A DNA stretch of 62,834 nucleotides, the filler included, from Candidatus Hydrogenedentota bacterium (GTDB lineage Bacteria > JBFMHD01): assembly GCA_040752395.1 (NCBI GenBank). It is 4 parts of 4 records of this genome, joined end to end, with 100 filler letters (N's around TTAATTAATTAA, not from the genome) between each part and the next. Parts side by side here need not be neighbours in the genome. Positions count along the whole stretch, not along the records: positions 1 to 29,498 come from JBFMHD010000008.1; 3 more parts are not named here. One strand, given 5' to 3'. The notes beneath the pieces are model-generated. The model saw only the letters and a program-made list of their open reading frames with translations, ran no database searches and had not been told where the DNA came from. Shown one piece after another: positions 1 through 8,935 of this stretch (position 1 is its first letter; every line of letters begins with the position of its first letter). The position numbers and the translations under genes are program-made.

Positions 1-34
1 AATTCTGGTAATCGTTTAATAATCCTTCACTCAT
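1..34 (-). CDS. 5' end of a CDS running off the window (MSEGLLNDYQN...); possibly the element's tyrosine recombinase
   Basis: ATG at 34 preceded by AGGAGG. Product is inferred only from its position downstream of the primase-like gene. Confidence 0.4.
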   Translation of the reverse strand, partial: MSEGLLNDYQN

Positions 35-41
35 ATTTTCG

Positions 42-138
42 CCTCCTTTGAGAAACTTAGAAGTAAGAAGTAAGAGGTGAGAAGTATCATCTTAAAATTT
101 TTAATTTTGAGTTTTGAGTTTTCAATTTTTAATTTTTA
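42..138 (-). repeat. Modular heptamer repeat array (AGAAGTA and TTTTGAG/TTTTAAT units) ending in an SD
   Basis: agaagtaagaagtaagaggtgagaagtatca matches the module at 15377-15404. Confidence 0.75.
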
Positions 139-159
139 TTATACCCCCCTCTAGTCCAG

Positions 160-252
160 GTGGCGAAGTGGCGAAGTTCATTTTTCGCCCTATTTTGTTT
201 GATACTGTTATAATTAACTTGTTCACCACGGGTTTGGCGAAGTGGCGAAGTT
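160..252. repeat. Two tandem pairs of TGGCGAAG (iteron-like), putative element origin
   Basis: tggcgaagtggcgaagtt at ~162-179 and ~235-252 with an AT-rich spacer, directly downstream of the ATPase gene. Confidence 0.5.
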
Positions 253-268
253 TTTTTCCTGCTTATTT

Positions 269-2219
269 CTACTTTTTCAGCACTTTTTCAAGTTCTTCAG
301 GACGAAGAAGACCGCTGATTGTTCCTTCTGTTTCTGCATTCCTTCGACATAAACTGAAATAACATCGTTTCCCTTGTGCGCCCTGGCGCTGCTCTAAATA
401 ATCTTCATGCAAAAGCTCTTTCAAGTAGCGGCGAATTGAACTTAACAGCCAGCCTGTATATTCCTGCATGTCGCTCAAAGAGACATTTTCTTTTTCTTTC
501 TCTTTAATAATCTCCTTGATGAACGTAAGTAGTTCTCGGCTTCTTCGATGTATCGGTGCAAGTGTCTCTGATAGTATGTCTTTTGCAAGTTCATACGCAA
601 ACCTGTAATCATTTATGTCTGCGACAATGTACGTTTCACCGTTTATCGTTTCCTGTTTTCTCTGATACTGGTGCAAAAATGCAAACGTTTCAATTAGTGC
701 AAGAAATCTCATACAGTCTCGGCGAAGGCGCAGCTGGTTCTTTGGAAACTTTATCTCTCGCACATACGGTATCCGCACCTTCCTACTTTCAAGCACACGC
801 TGAATATTATGGTGTTTCCGAATAATCTGGTCAAGGTTTTCGTCTTTTGATTTGGATTCAGGTAAATAAGTCCGATCTTGCACTGTAAATATTCTTTCTG
901 TCTGCGCTTCACTTTCGTCAATGTATAAATCAAACATACGCGTCTCATTCTCGGGATGAATCTTTAACTCGGTTGATGTCTCCACATAAGAGATCGGACC
1001 GAACACAGTCTTTTTCACGGTCTTAAACTCGTTCGTTTTCGGGTCACGGACAGGAACAGCAATCTCCAGCTTTTCCTCGCTCTGCAAACTCCTGATTGAA
1101 TAGTCGCTTGCTTCTGACCCATGTCGCTCAAATATCACAAGGATTTTATGCGCAAGACCATTCTTTGGCATGTAGTATAATCCCTTGGCTGATACGTCTG
1201 TGAAGTTTTGGATTTCTTCGTCCGGGAAAAGACGAAGCACTTGTTTCACTAAATGCAATTTACCGCTGGCACTATCGCCCTTGACTATTATCGATAACGG
1301 ATTACGGAGTTTTCTCGAAGTGAATGCCATATATAGCATCATCCGGTTTTGCTCCTCGCCTGCTATACCGATCTTTCCGAGATCTTCGCTAATTATTTTT
1401 ATAATATCTTTTTTCTTCAGTTCTTCTATCGCTTCGCTGCGCTCCAATTCACTAATCGCTTTTGGTTCTTCGCCCTCTTCCTGTTCTTTATCCATTTTCA
1501 GCATCTTTATCCGAATATCTTCAAGATGTCCTATTAAACTCTCAATCTCTTTTCGTATAGTTCCTCTATCTTCGCAGAACGTACTCATCAGTTGATTGAT
1601 TAGTCCGTTCCTTGAACGTGATACATACAAATCAACAGTGTCTATATGAGTAATTCCGTCCTGACTAATACGAAGATTGACCTTGAGCTTGTTCATCGGA
1701 TAGGGAGTCAGTCCAATCACTCGATACGTCCGTACTCCGATTTGACGGATAATCTCACCGCTTGGGTCTATCTCATCTTTTCTCAAACGATATTCTTCCA
1801 GTTGATCGATTAGTTCAGCAATACTATCATTTTTCGGTTCAATAACAGGATGACTATTCAAAAATATCCAGCGTTCAGTCGGTGACGAAGTTTTTTGCAG
1901 CCGATAACCGATTATATCCACTACTTGAGTGTCCTGATTGATAACAGGGAAGGTGAGACATCCATTGAATTTTTCTCCGCCTTTGTCAGTGAGAATGCCT
2001 ATGTCAAAAGCAATATCGCGGTTCTCTCCTTTAGCGGCGATGAGCTTTTTGATTGAAACCGTCCGCATATCCAATCTTGAGTGCTTCAATATGTTCTTTA
2101 GTAATTTCAGATGCGCTTAAAAGAAAGCGCCGAGCTTTCGGTGTCTTCTTGAATGTCTCGTGATAATGGTCAACTACTGAGTGCAAAATATTTTGTTGCA
2201 GTATAGTATTGTTATTCAT
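269..2219 (-). pseudogene. DNA primase-like/P-loop ATPase (replication protein), split by a 1-nt frameshift near 2056
   Basis: N-terminal ORF (VVDHYHETFK..KIGYADG, DnaG-like N-terminal region) joins ORF 269-2089 (SIKKLI..GCLTFPV; Walker A-like GDSASGK; C-terminal wHTH-like segment) if one T in GGTTTCA is removed. Confidence 0.7.
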
Positions 2220-2438
2220 CGAGATTACCTCCTTTATGAAACATGACAAATGCAATATTGTGGTGCAACTAACTTTATTTTATTAACCGTCCAAGAGGTG
2301 AAATAATTATTTTACAATCAAGGGAATTAATTGTAAAGTTTACCCGTTGTTGAAGTCATACCAAGCTTATTTGGGAGGGCTTCGGGGGGCTGTCAGCTTC
2401 TACTGGCAGTCCCCTGCCTTTTTACAGGCGGTTGTAAA

Positions 2439-2627
2439 TTACTTGTTTTTTTTCAAATACTCCTCAACTGCTATTCTAACTATTTCGCCCATTGTTGCAG
2501 GTTTTTTCTTTGCCTTGTTTTCCAAATTATGTACCTTATTTTTTTGAGCATGTTTAACGAGGCGAGTATACAGGTCATTCGGGAAAAAGAAGGTAAGGCG
2601 CTGTTCCGAGATTTTAGACATAATCAA
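2439..2627 (-). CDS. Small ribbon-helix-helix (CopG/Arc-like) DNA-binding protein
   Basis: RLTFFFPNDLYTRL..MGEIVRIAVEEYL strand-helix-helix pattern; GAGG upstream. Confidence 0.6.
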   Translation of the reverse strand: MIMSKISEQRLTFFFPNDLYTRLVKHAQKNKVHNLENKAKKKPATMGEIVRIAVEEYLKKNK

Positions 2628-2662
2628 ACCTCAATTACAACATATATATGAATATATGAATA

Positions 2663-2690
2663 ATTATAATGAAAATTACGAAAAAGTCAA
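2663..2690 (-). promoter_or_regulatory. Sigma70-type promoter for the RHH gene
   Basis: TTGACT-N16-TATAAT on the minus strand; ATATATGA direct repeats just downstream (possible operator). Confidence 0.55.
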
Positions 2691-2783
2691 GGGTAAAATT
2701 TCAACTATATTTTCGTTAAGACAGGTATATTTGCACGTTTTTTGCTAATTATCTCACAGAAGACAAGATTTGAATGTATTGTT

Positions 2784-2928
2784 GATGGCAGGCACAACCA
2801 TAAAATTTTGTGCCTTCCTTCTGCAAGTCTGATGACAGCTTTGCTGGCATCAGACTTGCTCCACACCTCGCTGGGCACAGACCTTGCAAACAAAAAAACT
2901 AAGAAAAGCAAGGACTGTGCACAGCGAG
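2784..2928. other. Three consecutive stem-loops (structured RNA or ssDNA origin)
   Basis: aggcacaa/ttgtgcct; gcaagtctgatg/catcagacttgc (12 bp perfect); ctcgctg-gcacag-ccttgc/gcaagg-ctgtgc-cagcgag. Confidence 0.6.
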
Positions 2929-2993
2929 AACGATTGTGTTTTTGTATTTGACTTTTTTAATCAATCGGCTATTATTTTTTTGAGTGAATAAAT

Positions 2994-3179
2994 ATGGGTA
3001 AGTTAATTCAGTTCCCGAAGATTAGACGAGATTATTCAACAGAATACAGCACAGACGGTAATTTAGCATTAAATCCTGACCTGTTCACCACAAGGCAGGA
3101 AAGCGCTATGCGGGGTCCTGTGTGGCGTAGGCGTTTCTACTCCCCAACCACAGGACGATTCACGCAGGCGGATAAATAG
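2994..3179 (+). CDS. Small ORF ending in a degenerate Rhs core motif
   Basis: NPDLFT..RFYSPTTGRFTQAD resembles NPYxFTG..RYYxPxxGRFxxxDP; TTGACT-N16-TATTAT upstream at 2948-2975. Confidence 0.5.
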   Translation: MGKLIQFPKIRRDYSTEYSTDGNLALNPDLFTTRQESAMRGPVWRRRFYSPTTGRFTQADK

Positions 3180-3480
3180 ACGATTGAGCCAAGACCGTCT
3201 TCGTGAAGATAAACAGTTGCAAGATAGCCACCATACATTAGTCCTGGTGAATCGACCCAGGTTTTGAAGGCTAATGGCTCGTCTATGCCAGGACCATGAA
3301 TATACCATTTGATAACTTCGGAATCGGATGCATTTACTTCTTCGATAACATCTTCATTGTCATAAAACAATAGTGTCTTACGACCATTAATTGAGGTTGA
3401 TATACGTTTGCCTGTAGCTGAATATTCATACTCGATAATAGTATCGCCTTGCTCGATACGGATCAGATTGTTATCTAATA
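3170..3480 (-). pseudogene. Rhs/YD-repeat protein internal fragment
   Basis: EYEYSATGKR, YIHGPGIDEPLA and YLHEDGLGSI are Rhs-associated core motifs; no credible start codon. Confidence 0.75.
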
Positions 3481-3649
3481 ATTCAAAATTCAAAATTAAA
3501 AATTAAAAATTAGAAGACAGGATATTATACTGCTTCCATGAAACGTGAGACACTTTAAAGGGGATGAAAAGAGTGGTGGTTAGCGACAAATAGATTTATA
3601 ATTCCATATATATCAATGATTTGTATTTTATTGTTTTGAAGTTGGGTAA

Positions 3650-3683
3650 AATAAATAGCCGGGGTGGGGAACCCCGGCATTTT
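3650..3683 (-). terminator. Intrinsic terminator after dnaK
   Basis: GCCGGGG/CCCCGGC stem followed by a T-rich tract on the minus strand. Confidence 0.7.
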
Positions 3684-3723
3684 GGTATGGGAGTGTGGGG
3701 ACTATGTGTGAGTGCAAATTAAA

Positions 3724-5673
3724 CTATTTTTTATTCTCATCATCAACTACTTTGTACTCAGCATCAACTACATCACCGGTGTCTTTTGTCTCTTCTTTTT
3801 TTTTCTCTTCTTTCTGAGGTTCTTTGTAAACCTCTTCTTGTTGCTGTTGTTTGGCACCTGATGCTCTATACACCTCTTCTGAGAACCTGTGCAATACATT
3901 ATTCAGAGCATCCATTCTTGATTTAATAAGATTTATGTCATCTTTGTCAAGAACTTCTTTTAAATCTTTTATCTTTTCTTCAACCTCTGTTTTAATATTT
4001 GATGAGACTTTATCACCGAGCTCTTTCATAGTTTTCTCAGTCTGGTAGATCAAACTATCAGCATGGTTTCTTGTTTCGATCAGTTCTTTTCTTCGCTGGT
4101 CTTCAGCCTCGTGCTCCTTTGCTTCAGCAACTCGCTTTTTAATCTCCTCTTCAGTTAACCCGCTTGATGCTGTGATGGTTATCTTCTGCTCTTTTGATGT
4201 TGCCTGGTCTTTTGCTGTAACTTTTAATATGCCATTAGCATCTATATCGAACGTGACATCAATTTTAGGTATCCCTCTTGGTGCAGGCGGTATCCCTTCA
4301 AGATGAAACCTTCCAAGTGATTTGTTGTCACGCGCCATGGGTCTCTCACCCTGCAACACATGGATCTCCACGGTGGTCTGATTATCTGCTGCTGTTGAGA
4401 ATGTTTCTGTTTTCTTTGTCGGGATGGTCGTGTTTCTTGGTATAAGAACAGTCGAGACACCACCAAGTGTCTCAACACCAAGTGAGAGAGGCGTTACATC
4501 AAGTAATAAAATATCCTTAACCGCAGATTTAACCGTTGGATCGGTTGATAATATAGCACCCTGTATAGCAGCTCCAACAGCTACCACCTCATCAGGGTTT
4601 ACACTTTTATTCGGCTCTTTCTTAAAGAATTCCTGTACCCTTTGCTGAACCAATGGCATCCGCGTAGCACCGCCAACAAGTATTACCTCATCAATATCAT
4701 CTTGTGTCAGCCCTGCGTCATCTAATGCTCGCTGACAGGGACCAATACTCCTTTCAATGAGATCAGAAACCAATGCCTCGAGTTTTGCTCTTGTTAGTGT
4801 CATATTAAGATGTTTTGGTCCCTCTTTGCCGGGCGCAATAAACGGGAGGTTTATCTCTGTCTGCATTGTTGTCGATAACTCGCATTTTGCTTTTTCACAA
4901 GCTTCTTTTAATCTCTGTAAAGCCATTGGGTCTTTTCTTAAATCGATCCTTTCCTGTTTATAAAACTCATCCGCGACATAATCAATGAGCCGCTGGTCTA
5001 AATCATCACCGCCAAGATGTGTATCACCATTTGTAGATTTTACCTCAACAACTCCCTCTCCTATCTCAAGGATCGATATATCAAATGTTCCGCCACCAAG
5101 GTCATAAACAGCTACTGTCTCGTCTTTCTTCTTATCAAGTCCATAAGCAAGTGCAGCTGCTGTTGGCTCATTTATTATTCGCTTAACATCAAGCCCGGCA
5201 ATCCTGCCCGCATCTTTGGTTGCTTGACGCTGACTGTCATTAAAATACGCTGGCACAGTAATAACCGCCTCTGTAACTTGTTCACCAAGATAATCCTCAG
5301 CTGTCTGCTTCATCTTCTGAAGAATCATAGCAGATATCTCAGGTGGGGAATAAACCCTGTCTTTTATCTTAACATGCGCATCATCATTTGGGGCACGAAC
5401 TACTTTAAAAGGAATCCTTTTCATCTCTTCCAGCACCTCATCATATCGCCTGCCCATAAATCTCTTAATCGAATAGACTGTGCTCTCAGGATTGGTTATG
5501 GCCTGACGTTTCGCAACCTGACCAACTACCCGCTCATCATCTTTTGTATAAGCCACAACCGAGGGCGTGGTACGACTGCCCTCAGAATTAGCTATAACTT
5601 TAGTATCTCCTCCCTCCATTATCGCTACACATGAATTAGTCGTCCCTAAATCAATTCCAATAATCTTTCCCAT
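3724..5673 (-). CDS. dnaK: Chaperone DnaK (Hsp70)
   Basis: [31 protein letters not shown]. Confidence 0.98.
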   Translation of the reverse strand: MGKIIGIDLGTTNSCVAIMEGGDTKVIANSEGSRTTPSVVAYTKDDERVVGQVAKRQAITNPESTVYSIKRFMGRRYDEVLEEMKRIPFKVVRAPNDDAHVKIKDRVYSPPEISAMILQKMKQTAEDYLGEQVTEAVITVPAYFNDSQRQATKDAGRIAGLDVKRIINEPTAAALAYGLDKKKDETVAVYDLGGGTFDISILEIGEGVVEVKSTNGDTHLGGDDLDQRLIDYVADEFYKQERIDLRKDPMALQRLKEACEKAKCELSTTMQTEINLPFIAPGKEGPKHLNMTLTRAKLEALVSDLIERSIGPCQRALDDAGLTQDDIDEVILVGGATRMPLVQQRVQEFFKKEPNKSVNPDEVVAVGAAIQGAILSTDPTVKSAVKDILLLDVTPLSLGVETLGGVSTVLIPRNTTIPTKKTETFSTAADNQTTVEIHVLQGERPMARDNKSLGRFHLEGIPPAPRGIPKIDVTFDIDANGILKVTAKDQATSKEQKITITASSGLTEEEIKKRVAEAKEHEAEDQRRKELIETRNHADSLIYQTEKTMKELGDKVSSNIKTEVEEKIKDLKEVLDKDDINLIKSRMDALNNVLHRFSEEVYRASGAKQQQQEEVYKEPQKEEKKKEETKDTGDVVDAEYKVVDDENKK

Positions 5674-6043
5674 AATTTATACCTCCTGATAGAATACTTT
5701 CTAAATATCTTTTTAAAACTAATAACTCAAAGGGTTTCCTGAATAAATGCTCAATCCCTAATCTCAATGCTTCATCATAAAAATCTATATCAATCTCACC
5801 TGTCATTAACAAATATCTGATATCAACTCTGTGTAACTCTTCTTTTAATTTCCTTATAAGTTCAATACCGTTAAAATCAGGCATATCATAATCTGATATA
5901 AGAACCCTGACAGGTCTTCTTCGAACAATATATATAGCTTCTTCTCCACAAGAAGCTGTATCAATAAGATACCCATCCTTTTCAAAAACCTCTTTTAATG
6001 TCTCTCTTAATTCTTTATCATCATCTACAATTAGTAAGTCCAT
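5651..6043 (-). CDS. Single-domain response regulator
   Basis: [20 protein letters not shown]. Confidence 0.9.
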   Translation of the reverse strand: MDLLIVDDDKELRETLKEVFEKDGYLIDTASCGEEAIYIVRRRPVRVLISDYDMPDFNGIELIRKLKEELHRVDIRYLLMTGEIDIDFYDEALRLGIEHLFRKPFELLVLKRYLESILSGGINYGKDYWN

Positions 6044-6062
6044 AACAGCTACCCCTGTTGTT

Positions 6063-6155
6063 TAGCACAATCCTAATTTTACCCACCCCCTCATATAATA
6101 TACACAGCTTTAGATAGGGTGAGTAGTAAGGTCTTTTAGGGACCAGATTGTGCTA
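6063..6155 (-). promoter_or_regulatory. Putative three-way-junction leader RNA upstream of RR-dnaK
   Basis: P1 UAGCACAAUCU/GGAUUGUGCUA, P2 GGUC/GACC, P3 UACUCACCCU/GGGGUGGGUA with G-U pairs on the mRNA strand. Confidence 0.4.
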
Positions 6156-6255
6156 TATGTTTACGCAATTAATAAGCCAATATTTAGTATATCTATTTCT
6201 AATAATACTAATGTTTTATAAAAATAACCATTGTCATTTTGTCAACTACCTTTCT

Positions 6256-6954
6256 TTAATTGCCACTATGACTTTTAATAAAAATTAAAAACTGAGTACC
6301 TTTTCCCTGTTCACTAAAAACTTTGATGCTTCCAGCGTGTTCCTCGATAATTCTTTTGGTAGCAGCAAGTCCAAGCCCGGTGCCGTTTTCCTTGGTAGTA
6401 AAAAAGGGGTCAAATATTTTATTTAAGTTCTCTTTCTTTATACCACAACCCGTATCAATAATCTCAATAACAGCATCTTTTTCTCTTTTGTATATTTTGA
6501 TAAATATGTCACCATTAGAATGTGTAGCTTGAATCGAGTTTAAGATAACATTAATAATAGCCTGTTTCATCTGATTTCTATCAACATTGACGATTAATTT
6601 AGCTTTAGAATATATCGGTAAAATCCTGATATTTTTTCTTGTTGCTTCTGGTTCCAGAAATATTAATATTTCTTCAATTAAATGATTCAACTCAATTTTA
6701 ACAGGTTCTAATTTATAGCCGCGAATAATTTTAAGAAAATCATTTAAGAGTCGATCAAGTCTGTCAACCTCTAATTTTATTCTATCAAGTCTTTTTATGG
6801 TCTTCTCGCTTTCTTGCTGTTCCTTGCAATCTTCAATAAGCAATTGGATATTTAGACCGATGGTGCTCAACGGGTTTTTCAGCTCATGAGCCAGCTCACC
6901 TGCTATCTGTGAGAGAAACATTAACTTTTCTTCAAATTGCTCTTTCTCAGCCAT
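6256..6954 (-). CDS. Sensor-less histidine kinase (HisKA + HATPase)
   Basis: LAHELKNPL, NVILNS, DTGCG, PFFTTK, GTGLGL. Confidence 0.92.
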   Translation of the reverse strand: MAEKEQFEEKLMFLSQIAGELAHELKNPLSTIGLNIQLLIEDCKEQQESEKTIKRLDRIKLEVDRLDRLLNDFLKIIRGYKLEPVKIELNHLIEEILIFLEPEATRKNIRILPIYSKAKLIVNVDRNQMKQAIINVILNSIQATHSNGDIFIKIYKREKDAVIEIIDTGCGIKKENLNKIFDPFFTTKENGTGLGLAATKRIIEEHAGSIKVFSEQGKGTQFLIFIKSHSGN

Positions 6955-6988
6955 CTCTATATTTCACACCTAAAGGTGCTCACCACTA

Positions 6989-8935
6989 TTATTTTACCAG
7001 TATCATCATTTGCGTCAAATTGTTTTGCAACAATTCACTATGCGGAAATTTATTAAGACCGTGTAAAAATGTTTCTTTAGCCTTTTGGTAATCACCCAGA
7101 TAGACATACACCACCCCAAGATTTTTATAATTTTGCGGTGTCTCATCATACTTCAGTAGTAGTTCATAATATCGGGCTGATTCCTTCATCCTCTTTAATT
7201 GAAATAATGTAAAACCTAAATTCTCATAAAGTTTTGGTTCTCTAAAACCTTTTATTCTTGCATCAAATAATAGTTCAACACTCTGTTCATACTTTAACAT
7301 AGTATTATATACTCCACATAGATTGATGTTCCCATAATCCCATAGTGGGTCGAGATAATAAACTTTTTTAAACTCTATTGCTGATTTCTCGTTTTTGCCG
7401 ACATCTCTATAGAATTCTGCGAGATTGCCTCTGTTCCTTATGTTTGTATGGAACAATTCGATATTTCTTTTAAAATAAAATTCTATCTTCTGATAATATT
7501 TGTTTATATCTACCTTTTTCATACAATTACCTATCCTATAATTATAAACCTCGTTATTCTTAGATATACTCACAGCCCTGTTAAACTCTTTCAATGCATT
7601 ATCAAACATATTATTATCTTCAAAATAGATACCCCTGTAATCAGAGATATCAGCGACAACAGCACCTGTGCATAATACTGCCATCACTATAAATGCTATA
7701 ATCATTTTTAAAATACCTGTTTTTTTAGTGTATATGTCCGCGTTATGATCTGCTGTAATTATCCCTAAAGAAAAAGAGAAAATAAGTATCGCAGCGTATT
7801 GATGCAACGGGAACCCAAACATTGCAGTAGCTCCTATCCCGACAATGGATAATATAGCAAACCTGTTTATCTCGTCCTTTTTATTGTAAGCCCGCATAAT
7901 TGATAAAATAATCGAGCTTATAATAAGCGAAAAAATAAAAATTCCTGTCTCGACGAGATATTGTAAAAAATCATTGTGAGCATTATCAACCCTTAGATGC
8001 CCGGATAATTCACGCTCATTAGCTAAAGCATATTCAGGATATAAAAGTGGAAAACTTCCTATGCCGGCACCAAAAATATTCTCTCTTATACCGTCAAGCG
8101 TTGATTTAAAGATTAATAATCTAACGAGGTTTGTACCCCGTTTTAGCTGGAATATTGTCTTAAAGGTGGGCAGACTTAAATACATTATTAAAAAAACAAA
8201 AACAAATACAATCAGAGAAACTATCAACGATTTTTTATTTTTTAGACAAATTAACGGATATAACGTAATTATAGCCAGGATGCCAACAAAACTCGAACGC
8301 GTCCTGCATAGATACAGGGTGTATAAAATAATCACAGCAGAAATAATACCCCATAATCTGAGATACCTTTTTTTATGGATAAAATATAAGCAAAAAGGGA
8401 AAACACCTGTTAAAAACTCGGCAAATAAATTTTTATTCCCTATACTTGATGTAAGAACAATACTTTTATAAGAAACAAACTCAAGCCCATAGTACTGTAA
8501 CAGACCATACGATGCGCAGATAATAGCAGAGATGGTTAAAGCAAACACAGATTTATTTTTATTAAGAGTAAAAGCTGATGATAAAATAATACCAGAAGAA
8601 AAAATAAAAATAATCATACTTTTACCTATATATTCAGGATTGTTTGTTTTATAAGATGTTAAACAAGCTAATAAAAAAGAGAGAAGAATCATAAATAGTT
8701 CTCTTTTTATATAACTTCTCCCAACAACAGAAAAAATAATAGCTACAATAATTAAACCTAATACTTCTTTTATTAAATATTGATCAGCACCAGCTACTGA
8801 AAATATCCCATTCTGCAACTCATCAAAACTGTGATTTCGAAAGCCAGTTATCCCCATAAAAAATAAAGGTATAGCAAAAATAAGATATATTAATAGACCT
8901 TCTATTATTTTCTTGTTTGTCAGCTTAAATTTCAT
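6989..8935 (-). CDS. O-antigen ligase (Wzy_C)-family membrane protein with C-terminal TPRs
   Basis: Multiple TM helices, GNKN, TRSSFVG, GAGIGSF, AHNDFLQ; TPR-like tail. Confidence 0.85.
   Translation of the reverse strand: MKFKLTNKKIIEGLLIYLIFAIPLFFMGITGFRNHSFDELQNGIFSVAGADQYLIKEVLGLIIVAIIFSVVGRSYIKRELFMILLSFLLACLTSYKTNNPEYIGKSMIIFIFSSGIILSSAFTLNKNKSVFALTISAIICASYGLLQYYGLEFVSYKSIVLTSSIGNKNLFAEFLTGVFPFCLYFIHKKRYLRLWGIISAVIILYTLYLCRTRSSFVGILAIITLYPLICLKNKKSLIVSLIVFVFVFLIMYLSLPTFKTIFQLKRGTNLVRLLIFKSTLDGIRENIFGAGIGSFPLLYPEYALANERELSGHLRVDNAHNDFLQYLVETGIFIFSLIISSIILSIMRAYNKKDEINRFAILSIVGIGATAMFGFPLHQYAAILIFSFSLGIITADHNADIYTKKTGILKMIIAFIVMAVLCTGAVVADISDYRGIYFEDNNMFDNALKEFNRAVSISKNNEVYNYRIGNCMKKVDINKYYQKIEFYFKRNIELFHTNIRNRGNLAEFYRDVGKNEKSAIEFKKVYYLDPLWDYGNINLCGVYNTMLKYEQSVELLFDARIKGFREPKLYENLGFTLFQLKRMKESARYYELLLKYDETPQNYKNLGVVYVYLGDYQKAKETFLHGLNKFPHSELLQNNLTQMMILVK

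Larger units (their letters stand above)
1..3511. mobile_element. Remnant of an integrative element of the primase/P-loop ATPase + Rhs-associated type
   Basis: Primase-like ATPase gene, RHH regulator, iteron-like repeats, hairpin cluster and Rhs core fragments next to the dnaK terminator. Left end lies outside the window. Confidence 0.6.

Noticed and set aside
114-362. 82-aa plus-strand ORF
   Set aside because: Starts in a low-complexity repeat, spans the iterons and is antisense to the ATPase 3' end
2040-2062. Programmed -1 frameshift at CAAAAAG in the primase gene
   Set aside because: Joining the frames needs a +1 shift, not -1; a simple insertion explains it better
5017-5634. 205-aa antisense ORF in dnaK (and similar ones in rny and the giant protein)
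   Set aside because: Shadow ORFs opposite well-supported genes; no motifs
6062-6155. CIRCE operator upstream of dnaK
   Set aside because: Arms resemble TTAGCACTC/GAGTGCTAA, but the spacer is over 70 nt rather than 9, and no hrcA is nearby
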